A DNA stretch of 64,000 bases from Candidatus Moanibacter sp. (GTDB lineage Bacteria > Verrucomicrobiota > Verrucomicrobiia > Opitutales > UBA2987): positions 1 to 64,000 of the forward strand of contig CBDCEW010000091.1 of NCBI GenBank assembly GCA_965215885.1. Reading direction: 5' to 3'. Below are positions 9,386 through 20,778 of this stretch, one piece after another. Below the pieces are notes generated by a model. That model was not told the origin of the DNA, did not search any database, and worked only from the letters and a program-made list of their open reading frames with translations. The position numbers were made by a program, and so were the translations under genes. Within the stretch, counting starts at the first letter, position 1. Every line of letters starts with the position of its first letter.

Positions 9386-9878
9386 GAAACGCAGGAAAGG
9401 ACATCGAATATCGCACTGGTGACGTTGGCTACTTTCCTCATCACCAGGCTCACCGCTCTGTTGAGGCTTTGAGGGATACGACGGCGTCATGTACAGGCGA
9501 GCAGGCACTTTGAGAAATACATTCAGGAAAGGCCCAGAGGGCTGGTGCTCCTATGACTATCATGCGAGCATGGTCGCAGGGGAACAGAACGTCTTCTTCC
9601 TGACGCCATGGGAAAAGAACGGGGGTGTTGATATGAAGATCACGGACGTGCTTGTCTACGAACTTGATGGGCAAGGCGCGTGGCGAGTCCGTGTGCCGTC
9701 TTCTGGGCGGACCTGTAGCGGAAAGCGGAAGCTTTTCGATTCTTGCGAATTATCGAGAACGAGGACGATTTCTGATCTGCCAGACAGGCAGTTTTCGCCC
9801 TCGAAAAGCCGAAAAATCTCGGCCGGAAACCCGCATGGGCAGAGAAAGTCGGATTAGATGGAGTAAGAGGGGGAGAAT

Positions 9879-11168
9879 TCAGGAAGATAGGGTTTGTAGC
9901 GCATCAACCCGCCCCTCGTAGTCGAAACATTCCAGCTGATTTCTTTGCAAAATACGCTCCGCGATTTGCATTGCCTGATTCTCCGTGATCTGCCCCTCAT
10001 TCACTTCATCGCTCAGCGCTTGGGCAATGCGATCGCGCGCCTGAATGGAATAGGCTACTGCTGCCCGCGGCCGCATGGTATCGCCGCCAAAGGCAAAGAG
10101 CTTGTTGATCGGAGCGGCGTGCAGATAGTGGCGAAGAAAGTCCTGCGATGCGCTCGGATTGATCGACCACGCCCAACACAAATCCACCCACACATTCTTG
10201 TAGTGTTTAGCTAACGCGATCAACTCCTCCTGATAGGGGTAGGAAATGTGCATGAGGACGAATCGCGCCTCCCGATATTTGGCGAGAAGTGAACAGAGAT
10301 TTCCGGCTCTTATGAAGTCGACGGGCATGCGATAATTTCCCGCATAGTAACCGGTGTGAATCTTGAACGGAAGATTATGCCTGATGGCCAGTTCTACCCC
10401 CCTCGACCAACACCAGTCTCCCAGACAGTTCTTCTCCCCGACGGCGAGTTCCTTGCCGCTTATAAGCTCTTTTAGTACGGCTGCGGCTTCACTGTCCCGG
10501 CGTTCCTCCCAATTCAACGTACGATTGTAGGCATGTTGCGCTTTAACTGCGATGGCGAAGGGTCCGTAACGGGCAAACAATGCCTCCATCGCTTCACCCA
10601 GGGTGTCCAGATCGTTAACTTCGAGGTCTGTCTCTTCTTGGAGCTGCTCCAAATTGAAGGTCCCGGAACAGAAACTGGCCCAGGAGAGGTCATAAAGGAA
10701 GAAATCAGGGCCCGATTCATCCCTTTTGCAAGCCCAGCAAAAGTCATCGGTTTGAGTGTGATGGAGTTTCCCGTCCTCCTTTAGAATACGCATCCGGTCT
10801 CCGGTCTCCCAGCGCTCCGGCAAGGTCTCCTGTTGGCGGACAAGGTTGTCTGTTGTGATCTCGTCGATACCAAAGAATCTTCGGGCAACCAGCCTCGAGG
10901 CTTCACCGTACCCCGTATATTGAACTGCCTTCCAGACTTCCTTAACGGGATCGAATCGCGCTTGAATATCAGGATCTGTCGCATCGAGTAACCGATTTGC
11001 ATCGCTCTCGGAAGCTCCGGCACTGACAAAGTCGGCTCGCACATAGTTGTCGAATAATTCGCAGAGGATATCAGGCCTGTCGTTCTCCCACTTGTCCTGC
11101 TTCCACAGATGCTCATGAGTGTCACAGAGTTCTATTTGATTCACGAATTCCTGAAGTTTCTGGATCAT
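9879..11168 (-). CDS. Amidohydrolase-superfamily protein (uronate isomerase-like TIM barrel)
   Basis: DTHEH metal motif, IHTG, VLMHISYPY, DLCW, FGGD; start set at MIQKLQ. Confidence 0.8.
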   Translation of the reverse strand: MIQKLQEFVNQIELCDTHEHLWKQDKWENDRPDILCELFDNYVRADFVSAGASESDANRLLDATDPDIQARFDPVKEVWKAVQYTGYGEASRLVARRFFGIDEITTDNLVRQQETLPERWETGDRMRILKEDGKLHHTQTDDFCWACKRDESGPDFFLYDLSWASFCSGTFNLEQLQEETDLEVNDLDTLGEAMEALFARYGPFAIAVKAQHAYNRTLNWEERRDSEAAAVLKELISGKELAVGEKNCLGDWCWSRGVELAIRHNLPFKIHTGYYAGNYRMPVDFIRAGNLCSLLAKYREARFVLMHISYPYQEELIALAKHYKNVWVDLCWAWSINPSASQDFLRHYLHAAPINKLFAFGGDTMRPRAAVAYSIQARDRIAQALSDEVNEGQITENQAMQIAERILQRNQLECFDYEGRVDALQTLSS

Positions 11169-11349
11169 TTTGGTATTACCACCTTTCACTATTTCGAATG
11201 GGCTTTGTTTCTGTTTTGCATAAAACGACGCAAAATTGCACCCTCGATCAATTCCGGATGTATGAAGGCGGATTCGGGTCCAGACAGGCCTGCGATCTGG
11301 ACCGGATCGAACCCTGCCGTAGTACGTGTTTAGTGTTCTTTCGGTTACT

Positions 11350-11492
11350 GGCTCCCCCGGTCTCGTGCCGGGGTGGCGCTGAATCCGTGCTACAAAATGG
11401 GCAGCCCACCGACCCATCCCCCGGCCCTTCTCCCCCAGTCGGGTGTGGTAGCTGGAAACCTGGCGCCACCCCGGCACGAGACCGGGGGAGCC
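11350..11492. repeat. REPIN/MITE-like element with a perfect 30-bp inverted repeat
   Basis: GGCTCCCCCGGTCTCGTGCCGGGGTGGCGC (11350-11379) and its exact reverse complement (11463-11492). Confidence 0.8.
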
Positions 11493-11697
11493 TCAAACAC
11501 GCTATGCAGGTGCCTTCCCTACGGGAGGGTGAAACTTTAAGCAGTGGCTGGCCGAAATGCTCCCGTACAGGCGAGCCGGGACTACGCTCAAGTTCGACAC
11601 CCGTCGTAGCGGAACGCGGGAGCGTTTCGATGGCAACGTAAGCGAAGTTAGACCTCATGAACCGGCCCCGAACACGCATATAGAGCGAAGTTTCAGA

Positions 11698-12420
11698 TTA
11701 GACTCCTCTTCTCTCCAACAATTTCTCCAGCGCCTTCAGGGAAGAGGACAAACAGGTCTCACCGTGTTCGGCCGAGGCATCCCGGGGATCTTTCCCTCCT
11801 ACGCCTTGCGGCCAGACGTCCCGATCTTCAGGCAATCGTGAGAGGTCCACCAGATCGGGTCGAAGGGCCAGCATGATGGAGGTTTCGTTTTTTGCGGCAT
11901 GATCCGTTTGGCAGTCCCACCCAAGCTCTCTCAGTTCCTGCGTGACACCCAGGAGTTTCATCCCAAATCGCACCTCGCGCTCCTCGAGATCCTCGACCCA
12001 GGACTTTCTGGATGGACCATGACCATCCGCGAAGACGGCACAAAATCCCGCTCGTTTCACCTGAGCTAAGATTGAATCAACGAGCATCTTAAAAAACCCT
12101 TTCGCTATCCAGTAGCAACTTCCGTCCAATTGGCGATCGGGAGCAGTGGTATCGGCGGAATCCATACCGTAAAGGAAAGAACCATCGCCGATTGGAACGG
12201 CGCGGTCAGGGCCCAGGTGGATCGGAGGCATTACGATACCTCCCAATTTCCGGGCGCACCTGATCATCAACCCTTCGCTTTGAATCGCATCGGCTCCCAG
12301 TGCAATGTGCTCCCCGTGCCACTCCAATGTTCCAAGAGGAAGGTAGGCGATTGGCCTTTTCTCCAGCCTCTCGCGAAACTCGAAGGGGAGTAACTCGGTG
12401 TACTTTACTTTCTCTGTCAT
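11698..12420 (-). CDS. Creatininase family protein
   Basis: LPLGTLEWHGEH..LGAD, GHG, DHAAKNETS motifs. Confidence 0.88.
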   Translation of the reverse strand: MTEKVKYTELLPFEFRERLEKRPIAYLPLGTLEWHGEHIALGADAIQSEGLMIRCARKLGGIVMPPIHLGPDRAVPIGDGSFLYGMDSADTTAPDRQLDGSCYWIAKGFFKMLVDSILAQVKRAGFCAVFADGHGPSRKSWVEDLEEREVRFGMKLLGVTQELRELGWDCQTDHAAKNETSIMLALRPDLVDLSRLPEDRDVWPQGVGGKDPRDASAEHGETCLSSSLKALEKLLERRGV

Positions 12421-12640
12421 CTTAGTGCCGTTCCAGATTCATTCATTTGTCCGTCCTCGTAACCCGGGTGAAATCGACGTATCGTTTATTCTCTACGGAG
12501 GACTCAATCAGTTCGAGTCTGTATTGATTGAATCGTTCACGACGAGTTCGCTTCTTCACTTTAAAGGTAGATTGATCGCAATCGCAGTCGCGAAGAACGG
12601 AAGAGCACATTAGGCCTCGAACAAGTGTGATTGGAATATA

Positions 12641-14464
12641 CCTAACGCAATAAAAAGCTCGAAACGCGCTTAGATACTGGGAAAACTGTTAATCGACCAA
12701 AAAAACCACCCAGAAAAAAAGGACGTTTCGAGTGAAAAGAAGATACCGCAAGAACCTCCACAATAGCAAGAGAAGAATAAAGCATCGGCTTAGAAATCGG
12801 GGCTGGCCTGAACAGGCCAAACCGATGTTCAAAGCGAGCAACATCCACTACGAGACGGCCGAACGAGGCAAAGGGGTGAGTTGTGGAGGGATAGGAGCGA
12901 TTCACCTGATGGTGAAGAGACTGGGGTTGGTGGAAGAACTCGACCAGAGCGTGCAGTTGCTCAAGCGCCACCTGCCGTATCATGAGAGTGATCATGTGCT
13001 CAACATAGCCTACAACGCATTATTGGGAGGGATCCGGCTCGAAGACATCGAATTGCGCCGCAAGGACGAGGTTTTTCTGAATGCCTTAGGAGCGCAGAGG
13101 ATACCGGATCCGACGACCAGTGGAGACTTCACCCGACGCTTTGATGAAGGCGCGATCGAAAAATTGATGGAAGGGATCAACCGGATACGGCAAGGGGTGT
13201 GGAACAAGCAGGCAAAAGGATTCATGGAGGAGGTGTTCATCGATGTGGACGGGACGATAGCGCAGACGAGAGGGAAGTGCAAAGGGGGTATGGGAATAAG
13301 CTATAAGGGGATCTGGGGCTATGCACCGCTGATCGTGAGTTTGGCAAATACCAGGGAAGTGCTCTACATGGTGAATCGACCGGGCAATGAGACAGCCATG
13401 AGGGATGCGTAAAGTGGATTGATCGGGCGGTGGAACTTGTGCGTGCGCATGCGGGGAAAATCTGCTTGCGAGGGGATACGGACTTTTCGTTGACAGAAAA
13501 CTTCGATCGGTGGGATGAAGAAGGAACGGGATTTATCTTCGGAATGGATGCGCATCCCAAAGTGGTGGGACTGGCCGAGGAGTTCAGAGAGACGGCCTGG
13601 AGCGAACTGGAGCGGTTGCCCAAGCATGAAATAGCGACCGAATCGAGAGCTAAAGCGCCGCGAGTGAAGGAAGGGATCGTGCACCAGAAGGGTTTTGAAA
13701 ACAAGGTGCTGGAGGCAGAAAGTGTGGCCGAGTTGGACTATCGGCCCAACAAGTGCAAAAAGACCTATCGGATGGTGGTGGTGCGTAAGAACATCAGTGT
13801 GCAAAAGGGCGAAGTAGTGCTCTTTGATGAGATCCGCTACTTTTTTTATATCACAAATCGTAGGGACCTGACTAAGGAGCAGGTGGTCGCCTTTGCGAAT
13901 CAACGCTGCGATCAGGAGAACGTTATTGAGCAACTCAAAAACGGGGTTAATGCGATGCGTATGCCCGTGGATGATCTTTTGAGCAATTGGGCCTATATGG
14001 TAATGACAGCATTGGCCTGGAACCTGAAGGCGTGGTATGGATTACTCATGCCCAACCGCCAGCGGGGGTTGGAGATCGTGAAGATGGAGTTTCGGCGCTT
14101 CCTTCACGCCATCATCTTGCTCCCCGCGCAAATCATCCGAAGCGGGCGCCGAATTGTTTATCGGCTTTTAAGCTGGAACGAGTGGATGGGAGATTTTATC
14201 AGCACCTGGGAGCGATTCCGATCTATGTCGCCTGGGTAGCAGATCAAGTAACCGCGAACGCACAGCCACAACGGAAGGACTGTCGGCGTATCCCAAAAAG
14301 GGGACAGAACTAACGTTAAAACAGAACGGATATGACTCAAAAAAAGCAAAACATGAAACCAGCCCAAGGGTGGCGGCGGCAAAACTACCGCCAGCATGGC
14401 AAATAACGTTAGGAATAACGAAGTTTCCTGTTCAACCTTTAAACGCGCTTATTTTAGGATTAGG
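12641..14464 (+). mobile_element. IS1380-family insertion sequence
   Basis: Imperfect terminal IRs CCTAACGCAATAAAAAGC / GCTTATTTTAGGATTAGG flank the transposase; no clear target duplication, so ends are approximate. Confidence 0.75.
12732..14239 (+). pseudogene. IS1380-family DDE transposase, frameshifted at ~13392
   Basis: HLPYHESDHVLN, IPDPTT.GDF.RRF, IDVDGT, RGDTDFS, RCDQENVIEQLK; one missing base in 'aat gag ac agc cat gag' breaks NRPGN.xSHEG. Confidence 0.88.
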
Positions 14465-14496
14465 AGTGTCTCGGAGAATATCCGCGCTCATTAATT

Positions 14497-14580
14497 CCTA
14501 AGGTGGCCTTCGACCGCAATCAAACCGGAACCCTGATAATACAGAAGAGGAGACCTGGCGCAGCAAAGCCGCAACCAAAG
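14497..14580. repeat. 'GGCCGCAACCAAA' family interspersed repeat
   Basis: CTAAGGTGGCCTTCGACCGCAATCAAA and GCAAAGCCGCAACCAAA; related copies at 20579-20758 (inverted pair) and 25926-25953. Confidence 0.6.
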
Positions 14581-14955
14581 AGATGAGAAAAACCGCAAAT
14601 GCACGCGAACCCTACTAACGAACCTTGTCGACTGCAACACATTCGATTCCAACCTCTTCTACTCCAGACTCTTGCTCAATAAATAGGAAGCTACGAGATA
14701 AGTCTCTGAACGAAGTAGACAAGAGATTATTTCGTTCGCAGCCGTAAGGGCCTATTCATGCTCGGATTGCGCTGGAAATTCCCGGTTTGGATTGCTTCCA
14801 TTACATGGTGGGTCTAGTGGGAGAATCGATGCGAACAATGCGCCTCCTTTTCTCGCTAATTCCGGCCTCGGCATCGGGAATGTTGTCGGCTGGGCCATCG
14901 AACGGAAATCTCCATTCTCTTGGCGTGGTTCGAACGGGTATTTTGCGGAACCTTA

Positions 14956-16072
14956 ATGGATAAAGCGACCGATGTAGCCATCGTAGGGGGCGGAGTCATC
15001 GGATGTGCAATCGCCTACTACCTGGCCAGGCACGGCATCCGGAGTACCGTTTTCGAGCAGAGCCGGTTCGCCTCCGGGGCATCCGGAGCCACGGCTGGTC
15101 TCGTCTCACCTCTGTGGCATGTCGACCACACCCACCGGGCTCTCTTTTCTCTGGGGTTGAGAAGCTTGGAGATTTTTCCCGAATTGAGCGCCGAGTTGAT
15201 TGAGTCAGGTATCGATCCGCTATTTCGCTCCTGCGGCATTCTCAAGTTCGCCATAACGTTGGAAGAGGCGGAGACGTTGCGAAAGGACCTGGCCTGGCAA
15301 GGCGAACTGGGGCTGGACGTGAGCTGGGAGGAGCCCGGCGCCGTATTTGAGCGAGAAAGGGAGATCAATCCGGCCGTCCTCGGTGGAGTATTTTCACCAT
15401 ACGAGGGACACGTTTGCGGTCAGCGCCTTGTTGATGCCCTTGTCCACGCATCCAGCAAACTCGGGGCGAGGTTCTTCGAATGCGTGGAGGCGATCGGTCT
15501 AAAGACGGAGGGTCGACGAGTGCGGGGGGGTGCGGACGGCAAAGGACTGCTACTATGCGGACCACACGGTGTTGGCCGCGGGCCCTTGGACGGGTATTAC
15601 CGGTCGATGGATTCCCGAGCGCCTGCCTGTCCGACCTGTCAAGGGGCAGCGCGTGCTGCTGCGGAAGACAGGGTTTCTCCCTGAGTTCGTGATCCACAGC
15701 TTCATGGGCGCTGCGATACCTCAGGCGGATGGGAGCATCCTGGTAGGAGCGACTCGGCACGAGGGGGAATTCGATCAGGAGATTACTGGGGACGCCATCA
15801 GCGAACTCATGACAATGGCCAAATCCATTTTACCTACCCTGGCAAATGCCAGGTTCGTGGGTGCCGCCGCCGGTGTCAGGCCCGGGTCCCCGGACGGTAT
15901 CCCGATTATGGGACCCATCCCAGAATGGGAGGGGCTTAGCATGGCGACGGGGCATGATGCCGTAGGTGTCATGCTGAGCCCGGGCACGGGCCAGTTGATG
16001 GCGGATTACATTCGCACAGGTGAGGTCGCCCCTTTGCAGCCCTTCAGCCTGTCCAGGTTTACAGATTTGTGA
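14956..16072 (+). pseudogene. thiO: Glycine oxidase ThiO / DAO-family FAD oxidoreductase, frameshifted in a G7 run (15524-15530)
   Basis: DVAIVGGGVIG, GASGATAG, VLAAGPW, VRPVKGQ, AGVRPGSPDG.PI.G; removing one G restores RVRGVRTAK; ThiO specificity uncertain. Confidence 0.7.
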
Positions 16073-16122
16073 TCGTTGATTTGGGCCGCATCGGTGGTTA
16101 GGGATCAGTCGGACTTAGCATT

Positions 16123-16304
16123 CTAGCCCGGATATTTCACACACTTCGCAGCGAGACAGCGTAGATCGTTGCGTATCAGAACATTTCCGCAGGTCGGCGG
16201 GCGACAGTGTGTTGGAACTCTCTGAGGTCGCCGAGCAAGGGAAGGGGTTGAGACGCAGTGATATCCGCGGTCGTAGCAGAAGGTTTGTGAAATTTTCGGG
16301 CTAG
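16123..16304 (+). mobile_element. 182-bp CTAG-ended MITE, copy A
   Basis: TIRs CTAGCCCGGATATTTCACA / TGTGAAATTTTCGGGCTAG; same length as and nearly identical to 39308-39489. Confidence 0.9.
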
Positions 16305-16611
16305 ACATCCTTGAGGTACCGATTCTCAGGTGAGAGATGGAGATTCGGAAGAAAATGAGACCGACAGATTCCTAAATACCGGCAAGCCGGGAGGAGGTCG
16401 CTGACTCGACTGCATTGTCATCGTGCGCGGCCTGTCTTGAGCCCGTCGAATTGATTGAGAAGTACATTCGGAAGAGACTGTCTCTATTAATTGCTCCGGT
16501 AGCGACCCGGCTGGACATCGAGATGACACGAACGACGAAGTCGTCCGGCTGCTAAGATAAATGAAATCGCTGATGAGGGTAGCCGGATCGCTGCGCGATT
16601 CGGACTGTTTC

Positions 16612-17484
16612 CTAATCCATCTCGAACCCACCGTCCACGTTTAAGGTTTGGCCGGTGATATAATCGGCCTCGGACGAGCAGAGAAAGGCGATGGCACCGG
16701 CAATGTCCTCAGGCATGGAAGCGCGTTTGAGCGGCACATTCTGGATAAATGCCGCCATGGCCTCACCGGGTCTCGCACCGAAGAGATGAGCGCGGTCCCT
16801 GTCGATACCTGCCCACATGGGAGTTGCTACGATGCCGGGAGCCACGGCGTTCACATTGATTTTATAGGGCGCCAGAGCCAGTGCGGCCGACTGTGTGATG
16901 CTTATTAAGGCGGCTTTGCTGGCAGCGTAATGCGTTTGCAGAGGACGCCCGCGCCGGCCTGATATCGAGGCAAGGTTCACAATCTTGCCAAAGGTGCCAA
17001 AAAAGGGCTCTGTCTGTTCGGTTTCTTCTTTCCGTAGGCTGATAACATCCGCCGGCACCTGGGCGACCCTCAGCTCCTCGGGCACCTGTCGGATCATCTG
17101 CCGCGCAACTATCTGCAGACAGAAGAAGGTGCCGCGCATGTTGACGTTGAGGACATGATCCCAGTCTTCTTCCGTCAATTCCATCATCGGCTTCGTCTGC
17201 ACCACGCCGGCGTTGTTGATGAGGATGTCGATGTGCTCGAAGCGCGCCACAACGTCGACCGCCATCTGTCGCACCGACGCTACATTGGAGATATCAACCG
17301 GGCAGGCCAGAGCGCGCCGACCCAGCCCCTCTATCTCCGCGGCGGTACTCTTGGCTGTTTCCCTATTGTACTCTGCGACCACGACATCGGCGCCTTCACG
17401 CGCCAGGCGCAACGCTATGCCCCTGCCAATCCCCTGCCCGGAGCCGGTAACCACGGCGACTTTTCCTGAGAGCCTCTCTGCCAT
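16612..17484 (-). CDS. Short-chain dehydrogenase/reductase
   Basis: TGSGQGIG, NNAG, YAASK, NAVAPG, GQTLNVDGG. Confidence 0.92.
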   Translation of the reverse strand: MAERLSGKVAVVTGSGQGIGRGIALRLAREGADVVVAEYNRETAKSTAAEIEGLGRRALACPVDISNVASVRQMAVDVVARFEHIDILINNAGVVQTKPMMELTEEDWDHVLNVNMRGTFFCLQIVARQMIRQVPEELRVAQVPADVISLRKEETEQTEPFFGTFGKIVNLASISGRRGRPLQTHYAASKAALISITQSAALALAPYKINVNAVAPGIVATPMWAGIDRDRAHLFGARPGEAMAAFIQNVPLKRASMPEDIAGAIAFLCSSEADYITGQTLNVDGGFEMD

Positions 17485-17819
17485 TTCTCGATTGAGAGTT
17501 ATTCGAACAGCACGGCTGGTTATATCTGCGGTTAGGAAAAATCCACTTGCGAAAACAAGCCTTTTTAAGATTGTGGTATAAAGTGGCGCTTCACGACTAG
17601 AATTACAACAGGTTATTTTTGAGCGTAGTTGACTTGGGAGAAGTCGTGACTAGCTCGTTTTCCAACGATCGAAGTCCGGAAGAACTCACAGTTTCGCGAT
17701 TGGGCCGTTCGGGCACCGGGTCGGTGGCAATGGCCTTGAGCATCTGATCGATTGCCGCTGCTTTGCGGCGCGATCTGTGCCGTAGCGCATCAATAGTCTG
17801 AGCCCATTGGAGAATGGTA

Positions 17820-18021
17820 TCGAGGCTGCCCTTTTCCGCCCTTCGTTCATGATGTGTTCGAAGTTGAGACCGACAGCGTCGTCGCGAAAGAGATTCTGAC
17901 CCGGATAAAGAATATGGTTCAACGGGTTGAAACCGGATCCCGATCGATCTCTGTTTGCCTTATTGTCATGAACGACACCCGTCAGATATCCGTTATCAAT
18001 TCTGGTGGATTGAACGCCCAT
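17820..18021 (-). pseudogene. N-terminal fragment of an unknown conserved protein
   Basis: MGVQ...SGFNPL.H....GQNLF.....GLNFEHIMN then runs into unrelated sequence. Confidence 0.35.
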
Positions 18022-18155
18022 GCGATGAGTTTCCCCTGTTCGACCTATTGACCTTTCGAATACGCGTTCAGTTTAAGATTGTGTTCTCCGCCCCCCATCC
18101 GCGGTACTGCGGAGCCATCCGTGGGAGTCTATCTGCGGAATCGAATCTAGACATT

Positions 18156-18700
18156 CTACCCTCGTGACGGTTCCGTCATTCTGGACTTGGCCTCACGCAC
18201 GGATTCAGCGAGACAGTCCTGATGGTCCAGGACCTGCTGAAGATGCACCATGCGTTTGGTGTTTGCTGTTCGCAACATGGCCTCGCCGTAAACCGAACCT
18301 ACCCAAAAGCGGGCAAGTGCGTTAATTTCATTGCGGAGGTAGGGCAGCTCTTCATCGTTGTAGCGTTGGGTGCAGTTAATCGTGAACATGCGCCGTCGTT
18401 TGCTACCGCCAAAGGAGCTGTGCTTGAGATTCTGATTGAAGATCACAACATCCCCGGGAGTTGTCTCCAGGGCAACTGCCGGAATGTCTGCACCCGCGAT
18501 GCCTAAAGTATCTTTCGACTTTGGCACGTTCCGGTGAATCGAATCGGAGAAGTCGTCACCATATCGATGGCTTCCGGGTATCACCCTCAGGGCACCGGTT
18601 TCGCGTGTCAGCGGGTCGAGATAGAGCGCCAGTTTATAGAAGATGCGAGGCGGGTTGCCGCGCATTTCGCTACTCCATCCGTCGGAATGCCAATGTATCC
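18156..18700 (-). pseudogene. PhyH-family Fe(II)/2OG dioxygenase, 5' truncated
   Basis: In-frame WHSDG upstream of the called start, then YLDPLT..TGALRVIPGSH and PGDVVIF....KHSS; no start codon before an upstream stop. Confidence 0.75.
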
Positions 18701-18968
18701 AACTAGCTCCGCTACGGTTCTCGCTTACCTGGAAGGGCAGGAGGCAGTGAGGTATTCTAACGAATGGGTATTATTCCACGTCGGGAGCAGTGGAAGAACC
18801 GATGCAATTGAAGACTGTTCCAATGCTTCTTGAATTGTTGGGCTCAGATCTTTCCTTGAATTCGATGTTCGATTTTGGGTGGGTGTTTGACATTGTCGTT
18901 AGTTTCGTAACCCGCTTATCTTTGAAGGTAGCTCCGACTGAAGTTTGCGAGATAAGCGGGTTAGGCGC

Positions 18969-20573
18969 ATGAAGGGGATTTTTCAAATAGTTGCATCAGC
19001 GATTCCGTCCCGAATTCGCCGGTGGTATGCGCCTCGGACTGCGCTTGCGAATGAATACCAATTAACCCGCTTTCTGATCATCCGGCTGCTCGGCCTTTGT
19101 TACACAATGGCGTTTCTGGTCTTCGTTCGGCAAGCTCCCGGACTGATAGGCGAAAACGGCATCCTTCCCATCGATCGCTACGCCGATCTCGTCGTCCGAA
19201 ACTACGGCGGCGTTTCCGCTGCGTTCTGGAAAATGCCTTCGATCTTCTGGTTCGGACATACCGACGGGTTTCTGCTCGCCGTCGCCTGGATTGGTCTTGT
19301 GATATCGATCGCCGTGCTTTGCGGCTATGCCAACAGCGTGATGCTTATCATTCTGTGGGCGCTGCAGCTCTCCATCGTGCACGTTGGTCAGCTCTTTTGG
19401 GGCTACGGTTGGGAAACGCAGTTGCTTGAAACGGGGTTTCTGGCGATCTTCCTCGTCCCCCTACTCGACGGGCGGCCTTTTCCGAAATCGCGGACATCAC
19501 GCATCGTAATCTGCCTCTATTGCTGGCTGATCGCGCGAATCATGCTGGGCGCCGGGCTTATCAAGCTGCGCGGCGACCCGGTTTGGGACTGGAGCGAATT
19601 GTCCGCTCTCTTCTACCACTTTGAAACCCAGCCTATTCCCAATGGGTTCAGCTGGTACATTCACCACCTGCCGCGTTGGATGCTCAAGGCCGGAGTCGTT
19701 TTCAACCATGTCGTCGAATTGTTCGTTCCGGTACTGCTTCTGTTGCCGCGTCCATTTCGCAACGGTGCTGGATTCTGCATGGTTTTGTTTCAAATCCATC
19801 TAATCGTTAGTGGCAATCTTTCTTTTCTCAACCATCTAACGATCATCCCCTGCCTGGCCTGCATCGACGACCGTTTTTATCGCCGTATTCTCCCCGGAAG
19901 ATGGTGGGCACGCATTCGCGAACCGAAGCCGCCCCGGTCGTTAGATTGGTCTGGCAAGATCACCTTCGGAATCCGCCTCGCGCTTTTTGGGTTGGTTTGT
20001 TTTCTCAGCATCGCGCCGGTGACGAATCTCTTATCGCCGAATCAGCGGATGAACACCTCCTTTGAGCCCTTGCGCCTCGTCAACACCTACGGCGCCTTCG
20101 GCAGCGTGGGCAAGGTGCGCTACGAAATTGCGGTCGAAGGCACGGATCATCCGGTTCCTCTCAGCCCCCGGGCCCGATGGCTCGAATATCGCTTCTATGG
20201 AAAACCCGGCGATCCGAAGCGCCGGCCGCCCTTCTTTGCGCCCTACCAGCACCGCATAGACTGGGAAATCTGGTTCGCCTCATTCGGTTCCATCAAGGGC
20301 GAGCTCTGGCCGGCTTATTTCGCCGCGCGTCTACTTCAGAATGAACCGAATGTGCTCGCGCTCCTGCGCAAAAATCCGTTCCCCGACGCCCCACCGCGTG
20401 CTATTCGCATGACTCGCCACATTTACCGCTTTACTACGCCGGAAGAGCGCGCCGCAACCGGTGATTGGTGGGTACGGAAATTCCACCAGGATTTTCTTGC
20501 GCCTGTGTCACTCGACGGACCTCTCCTTCAACAGTTGGAGCAACGATATCAATGGCCGCGGAAGATGAAATGA
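18969..20573 (+). CDS. Lipase maturation factor (LMF) family membrane protein
   Basis: GLIGENGILP, GYGWETQLLETGFL, AGLIKLRGD, HFETQPIPN, NTYGAFGSV, PYQHRIDW.IWF. Confidence 0.93.
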   Translation: MKGIFQIVASAIPSRIRRWYAPRTALANEYQLTRFLIIRLLGLCYTMAFLVFVRQAPGLIGENGILPIDRYADLVVRNYGGVSAAFWKMPSIFWFGHTDGFLLAVAWIGLVISIAVLCGYANSVMLIILWALQLSIVHVGQLFWGYGWETQLLETGFLAIFLVPLLDGRPFPKSRTSRIVICLYCWLIARIMLGAGLIKLRGDPVWDWSELSALFYHFETQPIPNGFSWYIHHLPRWMLKAGVVFNHVVELFVPVLLLLPRPFRNGAGFCMVLFQIHLIVSGNLSFLNHLTIIPCLACIDDRFYRRILPGRWWARIREPKPPRSLDWSGKITFGIRLALFGLVCFLSIAPVTNLLSPNQRMNTSFEPLRLVNTYGAFGSVGKVRYEIAVEGTDHPVPLSPRARWLEYRFYGKPGDPKRRPPFFAPYQHRIDWEIWFASFGSIKGELWPAYFAARLLQNEPNVLALLRKNPFPDAPPRAIRMTRHIYRFTTPEERAATGDWWVRKFHQDFLAPVSLDGPLLQQLEQRYQWPRKMK

Positions 20574-20578
20574 GACGC

Positions 20579-20758
20579 TGCGGTAGCAAAGCCGCAACCT
20601 AAAAGGAGGGGAAAGAGAACCACAGTTGAACGCGAATGGGCACGAATGGGAAGAAGGAGGAACATCCAACATCGAATACTCTCGGCGCGCCGGGATTCAA
20701 TTCTCTTCCTTATTCGTTGCTAACTCATCTCTTTGGTTGCGGCCGAAGGCTACCTAGT
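20579..20758. repeat. Inverted 'GCCGCAACC' repeat pair (MITE-like)
   Basis: GCAAAGCCGCAACCTAAA ... TTTGGTTGCGGCCGAAGGCTACCTAG. Confidence 0.55.
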
Positions 20759-20778
20759 AATTACTAATCAACAGCTCC

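Noticed and set aside
9390..9860. Further cassette genes after attC5
   Set aside because: Only short discontinuous fragments; no further attC site or identifiable product could be supported.
11169..11477. 103-aa N-terminal extension of the amidohydrolase ORF
   Set aside because: It reads through a palindromic repeat; the domain starts at MIQKLQ (11168).
14700..14955. TPP riboswitch upstream of the thiO-like gene
   Set aside because: The conserved CTGAGA and ACCTGA...GCGTAGG motifs were not found.
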